Shown: positions 45,058-58,679 of the stretch, in pieces
How positions within the stretch are numbered: the stretch's first letter is position 1
Layout: every line of letters starts with the position of its first letter
Notes under the pieces: generated by a model
The model's input: only the letters and a program-made list of their open reading frames with translations
Told to the model about the DNA's origin: nothing
The model's database searches: none
Assembly (NCBI GenBank): GCA_000004695.1
Contig: CM000153.2
Span: 672,001 to 736,000, forward strand
Direction: 5' to 3'
Length of the DNA: 64,000 bases
Source of the DNA: Dictyostelium discoideum
Lineage: Eukaryota
Translations under genes and position numbers: made by a program

Positions 45058-45205
45058 CATGATTATATGTAGTGGAATCAATTGTATCATTAACTTTATT
45101 ATTCGAAATTTGTGATTTATATAAAGTTGAAGTTGGATTACCACTATTAATATATGAATAAATATTTAATGTTGATAAAAATAATTCTTGAATTGATTTT
45201 TCCAT
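43640..45205 (-). CDS. dgcA: GGDEF-domain diguanylate cyclase (521 aa), probably Dictyostelium dgcA. It has an N-terminal Asn-rich region and one TM segment.
   Basis: GGDEF-domain motifs are DPLTGLPNRYRLDEKI, ALYFMDLNKFKSINDTYGHEVGDLVLKHV, the active-site loop IRLSGDEFLII (an SGDEF variant of GG[DE]EF), and SADEKMYQMK. D. discoideum is known to make c-di-GMP through a single GGDEF protein, DgcA. Confidence 0.7.
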
Positions 45206-45319
45206 TTTTTTTTATTATTTATTTTTTATTTATTATTATATTTTTTAATATTATTTTTTTTTGTACTTGTTATTTTTTAATATTTTATTATTATTATTAT
45301 TTTTTTTTTTTACTTGTTT

Positions 45320-45358
<39 letters not shown>

Positions 45359-45983
45359 TACTTGTTTATGCTTAAATTGATTGAAAAAAAAAAAAAAAAA
45401 TAAAATAAAATAAAAAATAAATAAAAATATTATTTGGGTTTATTTTTTTGGTTTTTTTTTTTTTTTTTGATATGTATAAAATTGTACAATTTAATTATTA
45501 TATTTAATATTATAATTAGTATTATTATTATTATTTAATTTTAATTTTTTTTTTTTAATTGCTGGTGATTTAGTTGTGATTTAAAAAATTAAATATTATA
45601 ATGTTGACGATTTTTATTTTATAATCAGTGATTGAGTTGGTGTTAGATCTTATATAGATTAAAAACTAATTTTTTTTTTTTTTTATTTTTATTATTATTT
45701 TTATTATTATTATTATTATTATTTTAATCTTATCTATTTAAATGAAAAAAAATTAGTATAAATTGATCAGTTTAAAAAAATAAAATAAAAAGTTGACGAT
45801 AAAATAATTTTATGTTTAAACAAAAAAAAAAAAAAATAAAAAAAAAATAAAATAAAAATTAAAATTTTATTTTAAAAAAAAAAACAAAAAAAAGTGTAAT
45901 GTAAAAAAAAAACAAAACAAACAAATTAATTTAAAAGTTTAATAAAAATAAATGATGATTACTAAATTGAGATTAAATGTGGT

Positions 45984-46016
<33 letters not shown>

Positions 46017-46233
46017 AAATAAATTTAGTTGTTTTGGTGGATATTTTATTTTTAAAATCTTAATCTTTTAAGATCTTTATTGAAAAAGAAATAATTGTTA
46101 ACCACAAATATTGAACAGATTTAAAAAGATAGAATGTATTTGTGTAAAAAATTATGATTGATGATGTTTTTTACTGTTTTTTTTTTTTTTTTTTTATTTA
46201 TGTTTTTCATTTTTTTTTTCATTTTTTTTTTTT

Positions 46234-46271
<38 letters not shown>

Positions 46272-46344
46272 CCGGGAGGGGGGGGATTTAAATTTTTTAT
46301 TTGAACGGAATCAAAACAACCGTTCAAATATCAATCAAAAACCC

Positions 46345-46383
<39 letters not shown>

Positions 46384-47458
46384 TTTTATTTTATTTTTTT
46401 TTTTTTTTATTTGGGTTGCCGATTTATAATAAAAGTGGGCGAAAAAATGGTAAATTACCGTTGCAATTTTACATATTATAAAATACAAAAAAAAAAAAAA
46501 ATGTAATTCAGTATTATTTTTACTATTATTAATTACAAAATTAATAAAATATGTAATTCAATATTATTATTAATTATTATTATATTTAATAATAAAATAT
46601 AAAAAAATGTAAAAAATTCATTTGAAAAAAAAAAAAAATAAATCGGAAAAAGAGAAAAAGATATAAAGGTGAAAATTATTTTTTGGGAGAGTGATTTTTA
46701 AAATATCTTTTTTTTTTTTTTTTTCGTTTTTTTTTTTTTTGTCGTTTTTTTTTTTTTTTTCTTAAAAATAAAATCGAATTTCAAAAAAAAAAAGTGGTGA
46801 ACATGAAAAAAATTGTAAATACTTTTTTTTTTTTTTTTAAACAAATTATTATTGTTTTTTTTTTTTTGTTAACAAGTTATTATTTATTTTTTTTTTTTTT
46901 TGATGGTTGTGATGATGATTAAAATTATAAACTTTTTAGAAATTATAAAACAATTATATATTTAAAAAAACAAACATACACAAAAATGATTGTTTATTGG
47001 AGAGGAGGAGTTTTTATTTTTTATAGTAGTATATATATATTAATATAAATATAATAAAATATAAATATGAATATATATATATATAAATATAACAATATAT
47101 TGTTGGTTTTTTAAATACTTTTTTTGGTTTTTTTTTGTTTTATTTGGGTTTTTAGGTAAATTTAAATTAATGGTTTTTATTTTTTTGTTTTTTTAAAAAT
47201 GATTAATCTTTGGATTTTTATAATTGCAAATGGTTATCAATATAAACCAATATATATAAATGTATATAAATGTATATAATATAATTATCAAAGAATAAAA
47301 GGTGTTCTTTAAGCGACCGATAGTAAATAAAGTGATTATGTTACTCTTATTTTAATGGGGCAAACAGTGTGTGTGAGTGTGAGTGTGAGTGTACATATTA
47401 GATTAATTTATGAAAAAAATTATTTCCATAACCTTTTCATTATTATTTTATATATATT

Positions 47459-47507
<49 letters not shown>

Positions 47508-49651
47508 AAAAGAATGTAGAGAATATAAATTTGTAATTTACAAAAAGGTTTTTTTATTTTTTTTTAAATTTAATTATAATGATTGTTAGGTTGGGTTATT
47601 TATTTAATTCTTTTTTTTTTTTTTTTTTTTATTTTTCAAAAAATAAAATCAAAAATGGAATCCAGAAAAATCTCCCCAACTGAATTAGAGTAAATAAAAA
47701 AAAAAAATCCAATAATAAATGAAACCAAATAAAAACAAAAAAATATTTTAATTAAATTAACTCCACAAAGGTAACGAGCTTAATCTTTTTTTTTTTTTAA
47801 AAATAAAAAAACAAAAAAAAAATATGATGATACTTACTCTTTATTAGTATAGTTTTTATTTAAAAAACTAGATATTTTATGTTTAATCTTGTTTTACTTT
47901 TTTTAAAATAAAGAGTTTAAATAATTCAAACTATTCGGAACTATTTTTATTTTATTTTTAAAAGGTAATAAATATATGTATAGGTATAAAAAAAATAAAA
48001 TAAAATAAAATAAAATAAAATAAAATAAAATAAAATAAAATAAAATAAAATTAAATAAATAAAATAAAATAAAATTTTTTAAAAATAAAAAAAAACTTTT
48101 TTTAATTTAAAAAAAAAAAAAATTTACCATGGCCATTTCCTGACTTTTCATAATTTCAAAACCATTCTCAAACACACATACACACACACACACACATACA
48201 CACATATATGCACATTTATATACATAGACACCATATTTAAATTTAGTTCTATATTTATAACAATAAATTGAATATTAAATTTACAATAAAATTTTACTCG
48301 TTTTAAAATAATTAATTACAATATGAATAGGTACATCATTTTTTGATTTAAATTTACTATTTCCCAATAAATCACCTTTGTTTTTAATTTTATTTGTTTA
48401 AATAGAAACAAAAATAAAATTAAAAAAAATTTGGAAAAATTGTTTGTGCTCTACATATTAATTTCGAGTGTGGGTGTGTTTATGAAAAAATAGAGTGGTA
48501 GTGGTGTGCGTTGTGAGTGAGTGGTATAAAATATTAATATTAAAATTTAAAATTTAAAAGTAGGTAGTTGGTGTGAAATATTTAAAAAAATAAAAAAAAT
48601 ATTTAATCTTTAAACTATTTAATATTTTTTTGAATTAGATCTCTGTGAAAAAGGCAAGATTAATGTGGGTGTGGTAATGACATTTAATAATAATAATTGG
48701 TGTAAGTATTAATAAAATTAATACCTCCTCTTTGTGTAAACACATACTTAAAAATTCTCAAAATAAATTAAATAACCATATATATTTTTATATGTTTCCA
48801 CATAAAAAAAAATTATAATTTATTTATAAAATAAATAATAATTTAAAAATTTAAAAATTAATTATTAATTACTATAACTACCTACTATTATTATTATTAT
48901 TATTATTATTATTTATTATTATTACTATTATATTCTGGTATAAAAAAATTTAAAACCTAGATATAAATTAAAATATTAAATAAGGAATTGATTATTATAA
49001 ATTTTGGGGGGTGGGGTTATTTGATCTTTTTATTTAGCTTTTAATCGACTACCCTTTTATATTTTAAAATTTCATTATTTTTTCAATAATTGTTTTTTAA
49101 TCTTACATTTTTGGTTTTTTATTATTTTTTGGAAAAAATAAAACAAAAGAAAAACTAAAAATATAATATATTACCCCCAATATTTATTCGATAAAATATA
49201 TAAAAAAAAATAGATGACACTATCGATTTATTATTTTATATATTTTTATAAAGAAAAGAAGTATTTGAATAATATCTTGGGAATTATTATTAATTACAAT
49301 AATTGGTAAAATGGACGATTCATTAAATTTAAAATTAGATAATAATAATTAATGATACCCATCAATCTTTAATTTTCGATTTTTCGTTTTATCATAAAGC
49401 AAAACAAAAATAAAAATAAAAAATAAAAATAAAAACTAAAAACAAAACAAACAACAATAACAATAAATTAAGAAATAAAAAAAAGAAATAAATACAAACC
49501 CATAATAATTATATCAATAATAACAACCAATATATATAATTTTAATAGAGAATACAAAAAATATATTCTTACATTCCATTTGGTTTTTTTCCCGATCTAT
49601 AGGTTTAATTCTAAAATATTTTAGTTAACACAATAATAAAAATCTATAAAC

Positions 49652-49688
<37 letters not shown>

Positions 49689-49899
49689 AAAAAAAAAAAA
49701 AAAATAATTAAATCTGATTTTATCAAAGGTTATTAAATAAAAACAAATTTATTTTTTATTATTATTATTGTTAAAAAGATTAGAAAAATGAAAAAATGGT
49801 AAAAAGATTAAAAAAAAAAAAATATGATGTAACATTTTTTCCAATGGGTGACATTATAGATGTTAAGTTTTCCATTATAATTTTCAATTCCATTTTATT

Positions 49900-49965
49900 G
49901 TGTTTGTGTGTGTGTGTCTGTGTGTCTGTGTGTCTGTGTGTTTGTGTGTGTGTGTGTTACAAGTT
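49900..49965. repeat. (TGTGTGTC)n / GT-rich microsatellite.
   Basis: Visible in the sequence. The overlapping 76-aa ORF is an artefact. Confidence 0.8.
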
Positions 49966-50603
49966 AATCAATTTTTTACGTATTCCAAATATAGAAAAAA
50001 AAAAAAAAAAAAAAAAAAAGTTTTAATTTAAAATAAAAAAAGAATAAAATCTTACAAATATGGTAGATTTTAATATTATTTTTTTTTAAATTAATTATTT
50101 GTAAAAGCTTTGAATTTTTTTTTAATTATTTAATTTTTTTTTCAATTAATTATTTTGTAACTACTAAATTTTTAATTTTTCCAAAATTGTAAATGTGAAA
50201 TTAAAAAAAAAAAAAAACAAAAAAATTTTTACTAAAGATTTTACAATTAATGGTGTATGATTGATATTTTAAAAAATTAAAAATATTTTTAAAACCCAAA
50301 TTAAGTAATTCCAATGAGATAATTTATGAAAATTCTACGTAAGGTAATTTGGTCGGCTAATTTTTTATTTTTTAATAATTTTTTTTTTTTTTTTAAAAAA
50401 ACATTTTTATTTTTTTAAGTTAATTATTATTTAAAAATAACACAACAATAATAATGTGGTAATTTTCAACAATAAACACAATTTTTTAATAAATAAAAAA
50501 TTTTTAAATAAAAAATAATTAAAAAAATTTCCAATTTTAAATAATCTAAAAACGACATTATGTCATCCTTTATATTTGAATGAAAATTTGACAATGATTA
50601 ATT

Positions 50604-50642
<39 letters not shown>

Positions 50643-52417
50643 TAAAAAAACAATAGATTATTAAAAAAAAAAATTTTAATATATTTAAATTAAGAATTGA
50701 TATTATTAATAATAAAAAAAAACTGATTGGGTACAATTTTATTTTTTAGAATTGATCCATAAAAAATAAAATTAAATCACGTGGTTTTAGATTTATATAA
50801 AACTAAAATAATAATTTCCACGTGATTTAGAAAAATAAAAATAAAAAAAATAAAATTTGGCCTTAAAAATAAAAAATCGAATAAAAAATAATTTAAATAA
50901 AATTGGCATCGAATCATAAATCCAAACGATTTAAAAGTAAAATTCTGGCGCCATCAACTTTTTACAAATGGATCATGTGAAAAAAAAAAAAAAAAAAAAA
51001 TTTGTGGTTTTTATAAAAAATAATAACATCATTATTATTTATCTATTTTTATATAAAATAATTTATTTTATTTAAAAAAAAAAAAAAAAATAATAATATT
51101 AAGATCTTCAAATTTTTTTCATTTTCTAATTTTTATTTTTATTTTTATTTTCATTTTTATTTTTATTTTTTTTTTTTTTGGCTACCTCTCTCTTTGGTAT
51201 TATTTTATTTTATTTATTTTATTTTCTTTTTAAATTCAATTATTTTTAAAAATTCAAGTCAAATTAAATATAAAAATGGTTAAAAAAAACAATTATTTTT
51301 TTTTTATTGGGTAAAAAAAAAAAAAAAAATTAAAGATTATTAATTGGTTTGTACAAGTTTTTAGTTTTTTTAATTTTGGGAAGATTTTACAATTTTATTG
51401 TAAGTAATGAGTTTATAGAATTTATAAAAAAAACTTCACAATTCATAACATTAAAAAATAATTAACTTTGTAAAAAAAAAAAAAAAAAAAAAAAAACATA
51501 GAATTATAAAAATAATAATTTGTAATAATATATCCTGAAAATTAAAAAAATTTACCCAAATGGGTATAATTTGATGTGATTAATTGATGGCTCAGGAAAA
51601 TAATTGATATTAAAGTGGAAATAAAAAAAATTGAATTTGTAGATTTTGTTTTTTTTTTTTTTTTTTAGTTTTAATTGGTTGGATTGATAATATTTTTCAA
51701 ATAAAATATTATAATCTATATAAAGAAGTTATAAGGGGTGTCCAAAACACAGCATTTTTTTATTATTTCTATTATTAAAATATTTTAAGATAAAAATATT
51801 TTTATCTTTTTTTTTTTTTTTTTTAAACATTTTCAAAAAAAAAAAATAATAAATTTTTTAGATTATAATAATAGAAATAAAAAAACAGTAAAAATTAGGA
51901 ACATTATAATAAATGATTGTTTTTATTTTATTGTTTTTAGTTTGATAAATGAGCGGTTATTGCTTATCTTTCTTTGATAAAAATAAAATTAATAATATTA
52001 AAATATTGGTTACCTGATATCTGTATTATATATAGAAAAAAAATAATAAAAAAATTTAATAAATAAATTAATTAATTTAGATTTTTTTTTTTTTTAACAA
52101 TTTCAAAATCCAGATTAACTAATCGGCATAAACACACAAACACATTTCTAAAATTACATCAACATCAAAAAAAAAAAATTAAATAAAAAAAAAATAAAAA
52201 AAAAATTGGTGTGCAAGTGAAAGGTTATGGAAATAAGTAAGATAAAAAGGTTTTTTTGTTTAAAAAAAAAAAAATATTAAAGATTTATTCTTTTGTTTTT
52301 TTTTTTTTTTTATTTAATTTTTTTTTTTTTTTTGGAAAATATGTAATGTATACATATTGGTTTTATTTGAATATTAATCATAATAGTTTATAAATTTTTG
52401 AAATTTTTTTTATAAAA

Positions 52418-52472
<55 letters not shown>

Positions 52473-52619
52473 TTTTTTTTTTTTTTTTTTTTTTTTTTAT
52501 TTTTTTAAAAAAATTATTTACAATTGGATAAATATATATGAATATATATTTTTAAAAAAAAAAGATGGGAAATGTTATTATATTACTAATATATGAATTA
52601 TGTTGAAAATAAATTATTT

Positions 52620-52830
52620 TTAATCAAACTGTTCAACATCTTTTGGAACCATCTTTTTGATTTTTTTTTGAGCCTTATGGATATTTGCTGCCCCTTCAGT
52701 TTCAATTGAACTTAATCCATGTGTCTTTTGTTTTTCAGCTTGTTTGATTATTTCATTAACTCTTTCATCAGGAAGATCTTGTTTCTTTATTTTATCTAAT
52801 TTTTCATTACTTTTATAATATCTTTTAAAG

Positions 52831-52867
<37 letters not shown>

Positions 52868-52960
52868 AGTTTACAATGATTATTTTTTTTAAAAAAATAA
52901 AAATAATAATTACCCTCCAGTTGAAACAGATCTAACAGTAGTTCCTCTCAATGAGAGCAT
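52620..52960 (-). CDS. Small 82-aa protein with a predicted mitochondrial presequence. Exons 52960..52914 and 52821..52620.
   Basis: The product is MLSLRGTTVRSVSTGG|YYKSNEKLDKIKKQDLPDERVNEIIKQAEKQKTHGLSSIETEGAANIHKAQKKIKKMVPKDVEQFD. A GTAATT donor and CTTTAAAAG acceptor join in phase (GG|A = Gly). The N-terminus is Arg/Ser/Thr-rich and amphipathic. Confidence 0.5.
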
Positions 52961-53650
52961 AAAATTCTTTGTTGTTGTTTTATTCTAATAAAAAGTAATT
53001 TAAAAAAAAAAAAAAAGAAATTATGTTAATAATAATAATATATAAAATAAAAAAAAGAATAATTCTTTAATTAGTAAATCAACCAATGATTATTATTTTA
53101 AAATTGTTTTTTTTTTTTTTTTGATGTTATTATTATAATATTAATTATAATAATTAAATTAACTAACTTACTAATTGTCTAAACATATTAAAATTTTTGA
53201 AATTATTAATTATAAAAAAAAAAGTTATATATTTCTATAAATGTATTTTTTAATTTTTGTTTATTGATAAAAATGAAGTGAAAAAAAAAAAAATAAAAAT
53301 AAAAAATAAAAATAATAAATGGTGTTGGAATTCGGTGTGTGAAAAAAAAAAAAAAAAAAAAAAAAAACCAAAATAAAAAAAATAAAAATAAATTTTTAAT
53401 ATAAAAAAATAAAAAAAAATATTATTATAATTTTTTTTGATATAAAGATTTGAAGGGGATAATCATTGTTTTTTTCTATTTCCTTCTCACAAAATTTTTT
53501 TGGATATTTTTTTAATTTTATTTTTTTTTATTTTTATTTTTATTTTTTTTTTAAAAATTTTTTTTTTTATTTGAAAAATAGAGATCTTAGTATCATTGAC
53601 ATTTTAGGATATTTTTTTTGTGCCCAATATAGTTATGAATATAAATTCAC

Positions 53651-53681
<31 letters not shown>

Positions 53682-54005
53682 ATTTACCCCAAGTTTGATT
53701 AAAAGGTTATATTGATATTTTAATTTTGAACATTGTTATAAAAATGATTTTTTTTAAAATAAAAAAAAATAAACAATTAATGTGAACAAGCATATTTTTT
53801 ATTATTATTATTATTATTATTATTTTTGTTTTTCATTGATGGTTTTTTTTTATTTTGACTTCTTTTTTTGGTATTTTATTATTTAATTAATTTTATTATT
53901 TAATTAATTTTTTTATAAAGATTTCTTTTTTTATTTTTATTTTTTTTATTTTTATTTTTTATTTGTTGGTATTTACATTTTTTTTACTTTTTAAAGTAAT
54001 TAATT

Positions 54006-54042
<37 letters not shown>

Positions 54043-54059
54043 TTTAAATTAATTTTTTT

Positions 54060-54872
54060 TTAATTTTTAATAATATAAATTTTATCACCAAATTTTTTCC
54101 AATTTGAATTAATTTGAAAATTTGAATTCTTTGGAAAATAATAAAATTCTATTGAATTATGAACAGACCAAAAAATTACTAAATTTGAATTTTGACAAAT
54201 TTCATAATCTTTTAACCAAGTTTCGTATAAAATTTGAAATGGTTTCTTTGATTTAAATATTCCAGAATTAAAATTACTTTTATTATGGTCAACAACATCA
54301 AAATGAGCATTACTATAACCACTATTAAATTGAAATACAGTATCACCATAACAACCATAAAAAGAAAAATCTGGACATTTTGATTGATTAAAAAAGCAAT
54401 TTACTGATAAAAATTGTTGTTTTTTTAAATTATTATTTGAATTATAATTTGAATTTGAATTTAAATTTGTTTTAATTAATTTATATTCAATATCATTTAA
54501 TTTATTAACATAATGAAATGAATTTTGAAATTGTATTGGAATTAATGATTCTAAGAATTTAAAATGTTGAAATGAAATTCTTTTTGTTTCTAAATTACAC
54601 ATTGAACAAATACATTCAGTTTTTATAATTGTTAAACCATAATAATCAATCTTTTCAATTACTGATTTTAAATTCTCTTGAAAAATATTACCACTCTCTA
54701 AACAAACAAACCATAAAACTTTATTTGAATCAAAATTATATTTATATAAATCATTTTCATTATATAAATATAATTTTAAAATTGGATATTTTGAAATTAA
54801 TCTTTTATCATTTTCATTTGGTATAATATTAATAACTAAACTATTATTTAATTTTAAATTTAATTCTTCCAT
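54060..54872 (-). CDS. Hypothetical 270-aa protein (MEELNLKLNNSLVINIIPNENDKRL...).
   Basis: A clean ORF with no recognisable domain. Confidence 0.5.
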   Translation of the reverse strand: MEELNLKLNNSLVINIIPNENDKRLISKYPILKLYLYNENDLYKYNFDSNKVLWFVCLESGNIFQENLKSVIEKIDYYGLTIIKTECICSMCNLETKRISFQHFKFLESLIPIQFQNSFHYVNKLNDIEYKLIKTNLNSNSNYNSNNNLKKQQFLSVNCFFNQSKCPDFSFYGCYGDTVFQFNSGYSNAHFDVVDHNKSNFNSGIFKSKKPFQILYETWLKDYEICQNSNLVIFWSVHNSIEFYYFPKNSNFQINSNWKKFGDKIYIIKN

Positions 54873-55118
54873 TTATTATTAAAATAATAATAAAAAAAAT
54901 AAAGAAAATAAAAAATAAAAAAAATAAAAAAAAAATATTTATAAATGTTAAAAAAAATAAAAAAAAAAAAAAAATAAAAAAATGTATAGATAATTGGCCT
55001 CCCCCCATTTCCTTTTTTTTTTTTTTTTTTGGTTTTTTTTTAAAAATGAATATTGAAAATAATGTAAAAAATCAAATTAAAAATCTATTTTAAAATTTTA
55101 TTTTTATTTTTATTTTTT

Positions 55119-56207
55119 TTAAATTTTTAAATTATTTACTAAATTTTTACAATATTTTTCTAAACGATCTGCGTTATCATAATAAGGTGAATTTTCACCA
55201 TTAAATTCTCTACAATTATTACACATTCTTTTAAGATCAGCTAAAAAGATATTTTTAGTGATATAATAATTTCCAGTTGCTAAACGATCAGAGATCATTT
55301 GAAGGTCGACAGGATCTTTGACAGTTGTATAATAGGTTGGTACTTCTTCAATTGAAACTGGTTGAAGAAAAGGCCATGAATCATCATGATTTTTAATACT
55401 TTGTAATACAACTGCCAATTGTTGTTGAAGTGAATTTATTTGTTGTTGTTGTTGATCAACATTTCCAACATTATTAATCCAACCAGCTTCTAATATACCA
55501 GGTATCTTTTCAATGGGTATGCGTCTTTGACCATGATTAAAACATTGTAAACCTGAATAAACTAAATGTGAGGTACTAATAGTACGAATCTTTTCATTCA
55601 ATGCATTTCTCTGCGCTTTTACCATAGTCGGTATATCTAAATAGGTTACATTTGGGTGTACAACACACTCCATTAATGAACCACCATCATACTCTTGGAT
55701 GAAACCTTTCCATTTCTCTTTTAGCAATGTTATATCATGAGTGAATCCTTGTTTTTGAAAATATTCAATTGCAAAGTTATCTGCAAACGTTAGGAAATGG
55801 TAAATTCCAACTTTTCTATTATGTTCTTTTAAATGAGTCATTAGGAATGAACCATAGCCTTTCACTTGTTCACTGCTTGTGATTGCACAAAATGCAATCT
55901 CTATGAAACCTTGTTGTTGAAATGGTCTAAAACAAATACCACCAATTACATTGTTATTTTTAATAATCAATAATGAATGATGAAATCTATCAAACATTAA
56001 TCTAACAATATATTCTCTTGGCATCTTTGGTAATTGTTTAGAGAATACATTCTTTAAATTCATTAATAATTCTAAATTCTTTGAACTACTATCATTTGTT
56101 ATAACTTCAAATCTTAATATACCTCTTTCTTTCTCTTCTTTTGCTGTTATACCTCTTGAATTATCAATTTGTAAACCATCTTCTGGTCCTAATAATTGTT
56201 GTGGTGG

Positions 56208-56244
<37 letters not shown>

Positions 56245-56357
56245 ATTTGTGGTGGATGTTGATTCACTATATCATTATTACCTATATTTAAATTATAATT
56301 ATTATTATTATTATTATTGTTATTATCTTGTAATAATGTTGGTTGTTGTGTTTCCAT
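55119..56357 (-). CDS. gcn5: GCN5-type histone acetyltransferase (GNAT domain plus C-terminal bromodomain), 412 aa.
   Basis: The HAT core is IVRLMFDRFHHSLLIIKNNNVIGGICFRPFQQQGFIEIAFCAITSSEQVKGYGSFLMTHLKEH. The bromodomain is WPFLQPVSIEEVPTYYTTVKDPVDLQMISDRL...YYITKNIFLADLKRMCNNCREFNGENSPYY. There is an N-terminal poly-N/Q tract. Confidence 0.85.
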
Positions 56358-56856
56358 TGTACATTGTTTTAAATTTTATTAGTGAAAAATGAAAAAAAAA
56401 AAAAAATAAAAAAAAAAAAAAAAATTATTTTCACTTTTTTTTTTTTTATTTTTTTTTTTTTATTTTTTTTAATTTGTTTTAAATTTTTTATTTTTTTTTA
56501 TTTTTTTAAATTTATTTCTAAAAATAAAATTTCTTTTTTTAATAATAAAATCAATTATTTTGATTTTTTTTTTTTTTGATTTTTTTGGCAATAAAATTTT
56601 AAATGTATGAAATATCTTATAAATGGTAAATTAGATTTTAAAATATAAAAAAATTTAAAAAATAGAAAAAAAAAAAAAAAAAAAATAAAATTATAAGTTC
56701 ATTTGTATTAAAATGGTTAAAATCGTTTTTTTAAAAAAAAAAAAATAATCAAAAAAAAAAATAAAAAAAAATAAAAAAAAAATCCAAATAGAAAAAGTGC
56801 TCGAAAATCACCTACTCACTTTTTCTGAAAAAATTTTGTTTTTTTTTTATTTTTTT

Positions 56857-56893
<37 letters not shown>

Positions 56894-57166
56894 GAATAAA
56901 TAATAAATAATAATAATATTACCCACATTATCACATTATTTAATTTATTATCACATCAACAACAAAAATTATTTTTTTTAAAAAATAAGAATATCTTAAA
57001 TATTATAACTTTTTTTTTTTTTTTATTTTTTAAAAAGAAACACTTAACTTTTTTTTTTTATTTTTTTTTAATATATTATTATATTATATTTTATATCACT
57101 AAAAACATCATTATCATTAGATCACAATTCAAAAATTACATAAATAAATAAAATATTACATATAAA

Positions 57167-58191
57167 ATGAATTTTTTCGAATCTATTATAAATTTTTTTA
57201 AAAGTTTGTTTTGGAAACAAGAAATGGAGTTGACACTCGTTGGTTTACAAGGTAGTGGTAAAACTACTTTAGTCAATGTTATCTCTGTACGTATTTTTTA
57301 AAATTATATGAGATCAACATTAAATAATAGGTTAAAATGATAGTAATAGTAACAATATCAATTTACCCAATAGCTAATAACAATCAATAATAATATTAAA
57401 CTAACTTTTTTTAAAAATTTAAAATAATAATAATAATAATAAAGAATGGTGGATTTATTGAAGATACTATTCCAACTATTGGTTTTAATATGAAAAAAGT
57501 TACAAAAGGAAATGTTACTATAAAACTGTGGGATATTGGTGGTCAACCACGTTTCAGAAGTATGTGGGAAAGATATTGTAGAGGTGTTAATGCAATTGTG
57601 TAAATATCATATAGATATCTTTTAATTAAAATAGATAAATACATTCTGATCATTCAATTATAATCATAATGATCATAATCCAATCAATATCAATTAATAT
57701 CAATTATTGATTTAATCAAATCATGATTATTTATATTTTATTTTATTATTATTATTATTATTATATAGTTTTGTAGTAGATTCAGCAGATAGAGAGAAAT
57801 TTGAACAATCAAAACAAGCATTACAAGATTTAATTAATAAACCACCTTTAGCAAAAATTCCACTTTTAGTTGTTGCAAATAAAAATGATTTACCAAATTC
57901 TGCTGGTGTAGATGAAATGATTCAAAATTTGTATGTAGTAATTACAATAATAATAATAATAATAATAATAATTAATAATTTTTTAGATTTGGTCACCTAC
58001 CTACATTTTAGTTATTTTATTTGTTATATTGCTAACACTCACAATCATTTTTTAAAAATAAAATAAATAGGGATTTGAGAGGTATCGTTGGCAGAGAAGT
58101 TTGTTGTTATTCAATTTCTGCAAAAAATAGCGTTAATATTGATATTACTTTAGATTGGTTAATTAAACATAGTTCATCTGTTAAAAATTAA
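57167..58191 (+). CDS. arl8: ADP-ribosylation factor-like GTPase Arl8, 185 aa. Four exons: 57167-57286, 57444-57598, 57769-57930, 58071-58191.
   Basis: The product is [40 protein letters not shown]|[52 protein letters not shown]|[22 protein letters not shown]...VVANKNDLP...|[35 protein letters not shown]. It is nearly collinear with human ARL8A/B. Donors are GTACGT, GTAAAT and GTATGT. Confidence 0.85.
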
Positions 58192-58239
58192 AAAAATAAA
58201 TAAATAAATATAAACCATGAAATATAAAAATAAATAATG

Positions 58240-58278
<39 letters not shown>

Positions 58279-58679
58279 TTGAATTAATTGCAATTTATCT
58301 TGATATTTTTTACTTTGAAATCATCAAAGGTTGGTTTTTAAATTCTAAAAATTAAAAATCTGGAAAATATCAGTTTTTTTTTTTTTTTTTTTTTAAGTAT
58401 ATTTTATTCCTATTCTTAGAAAAAAAAAAAAAAAAAAAATTAAAAAAAAAAAAACTGTTAAAAATTTTAGTATAAAAATGAAAAGTTTTTTTAAAATCAT
58501 TACTTATAATCACAACATTGAATAAGTTTATATTTTTTACAAATAAAATGGGTAAAAATATTAAATTAAGAATATAATGACAAAAAAAAAAAAAAAAAAA
58601 AAAAAAAATAATAATAATAAATAAATAAAGATACTGATTTCCTAAAAAGATACAAGTATTATTGAGTGAAATGAAACAA

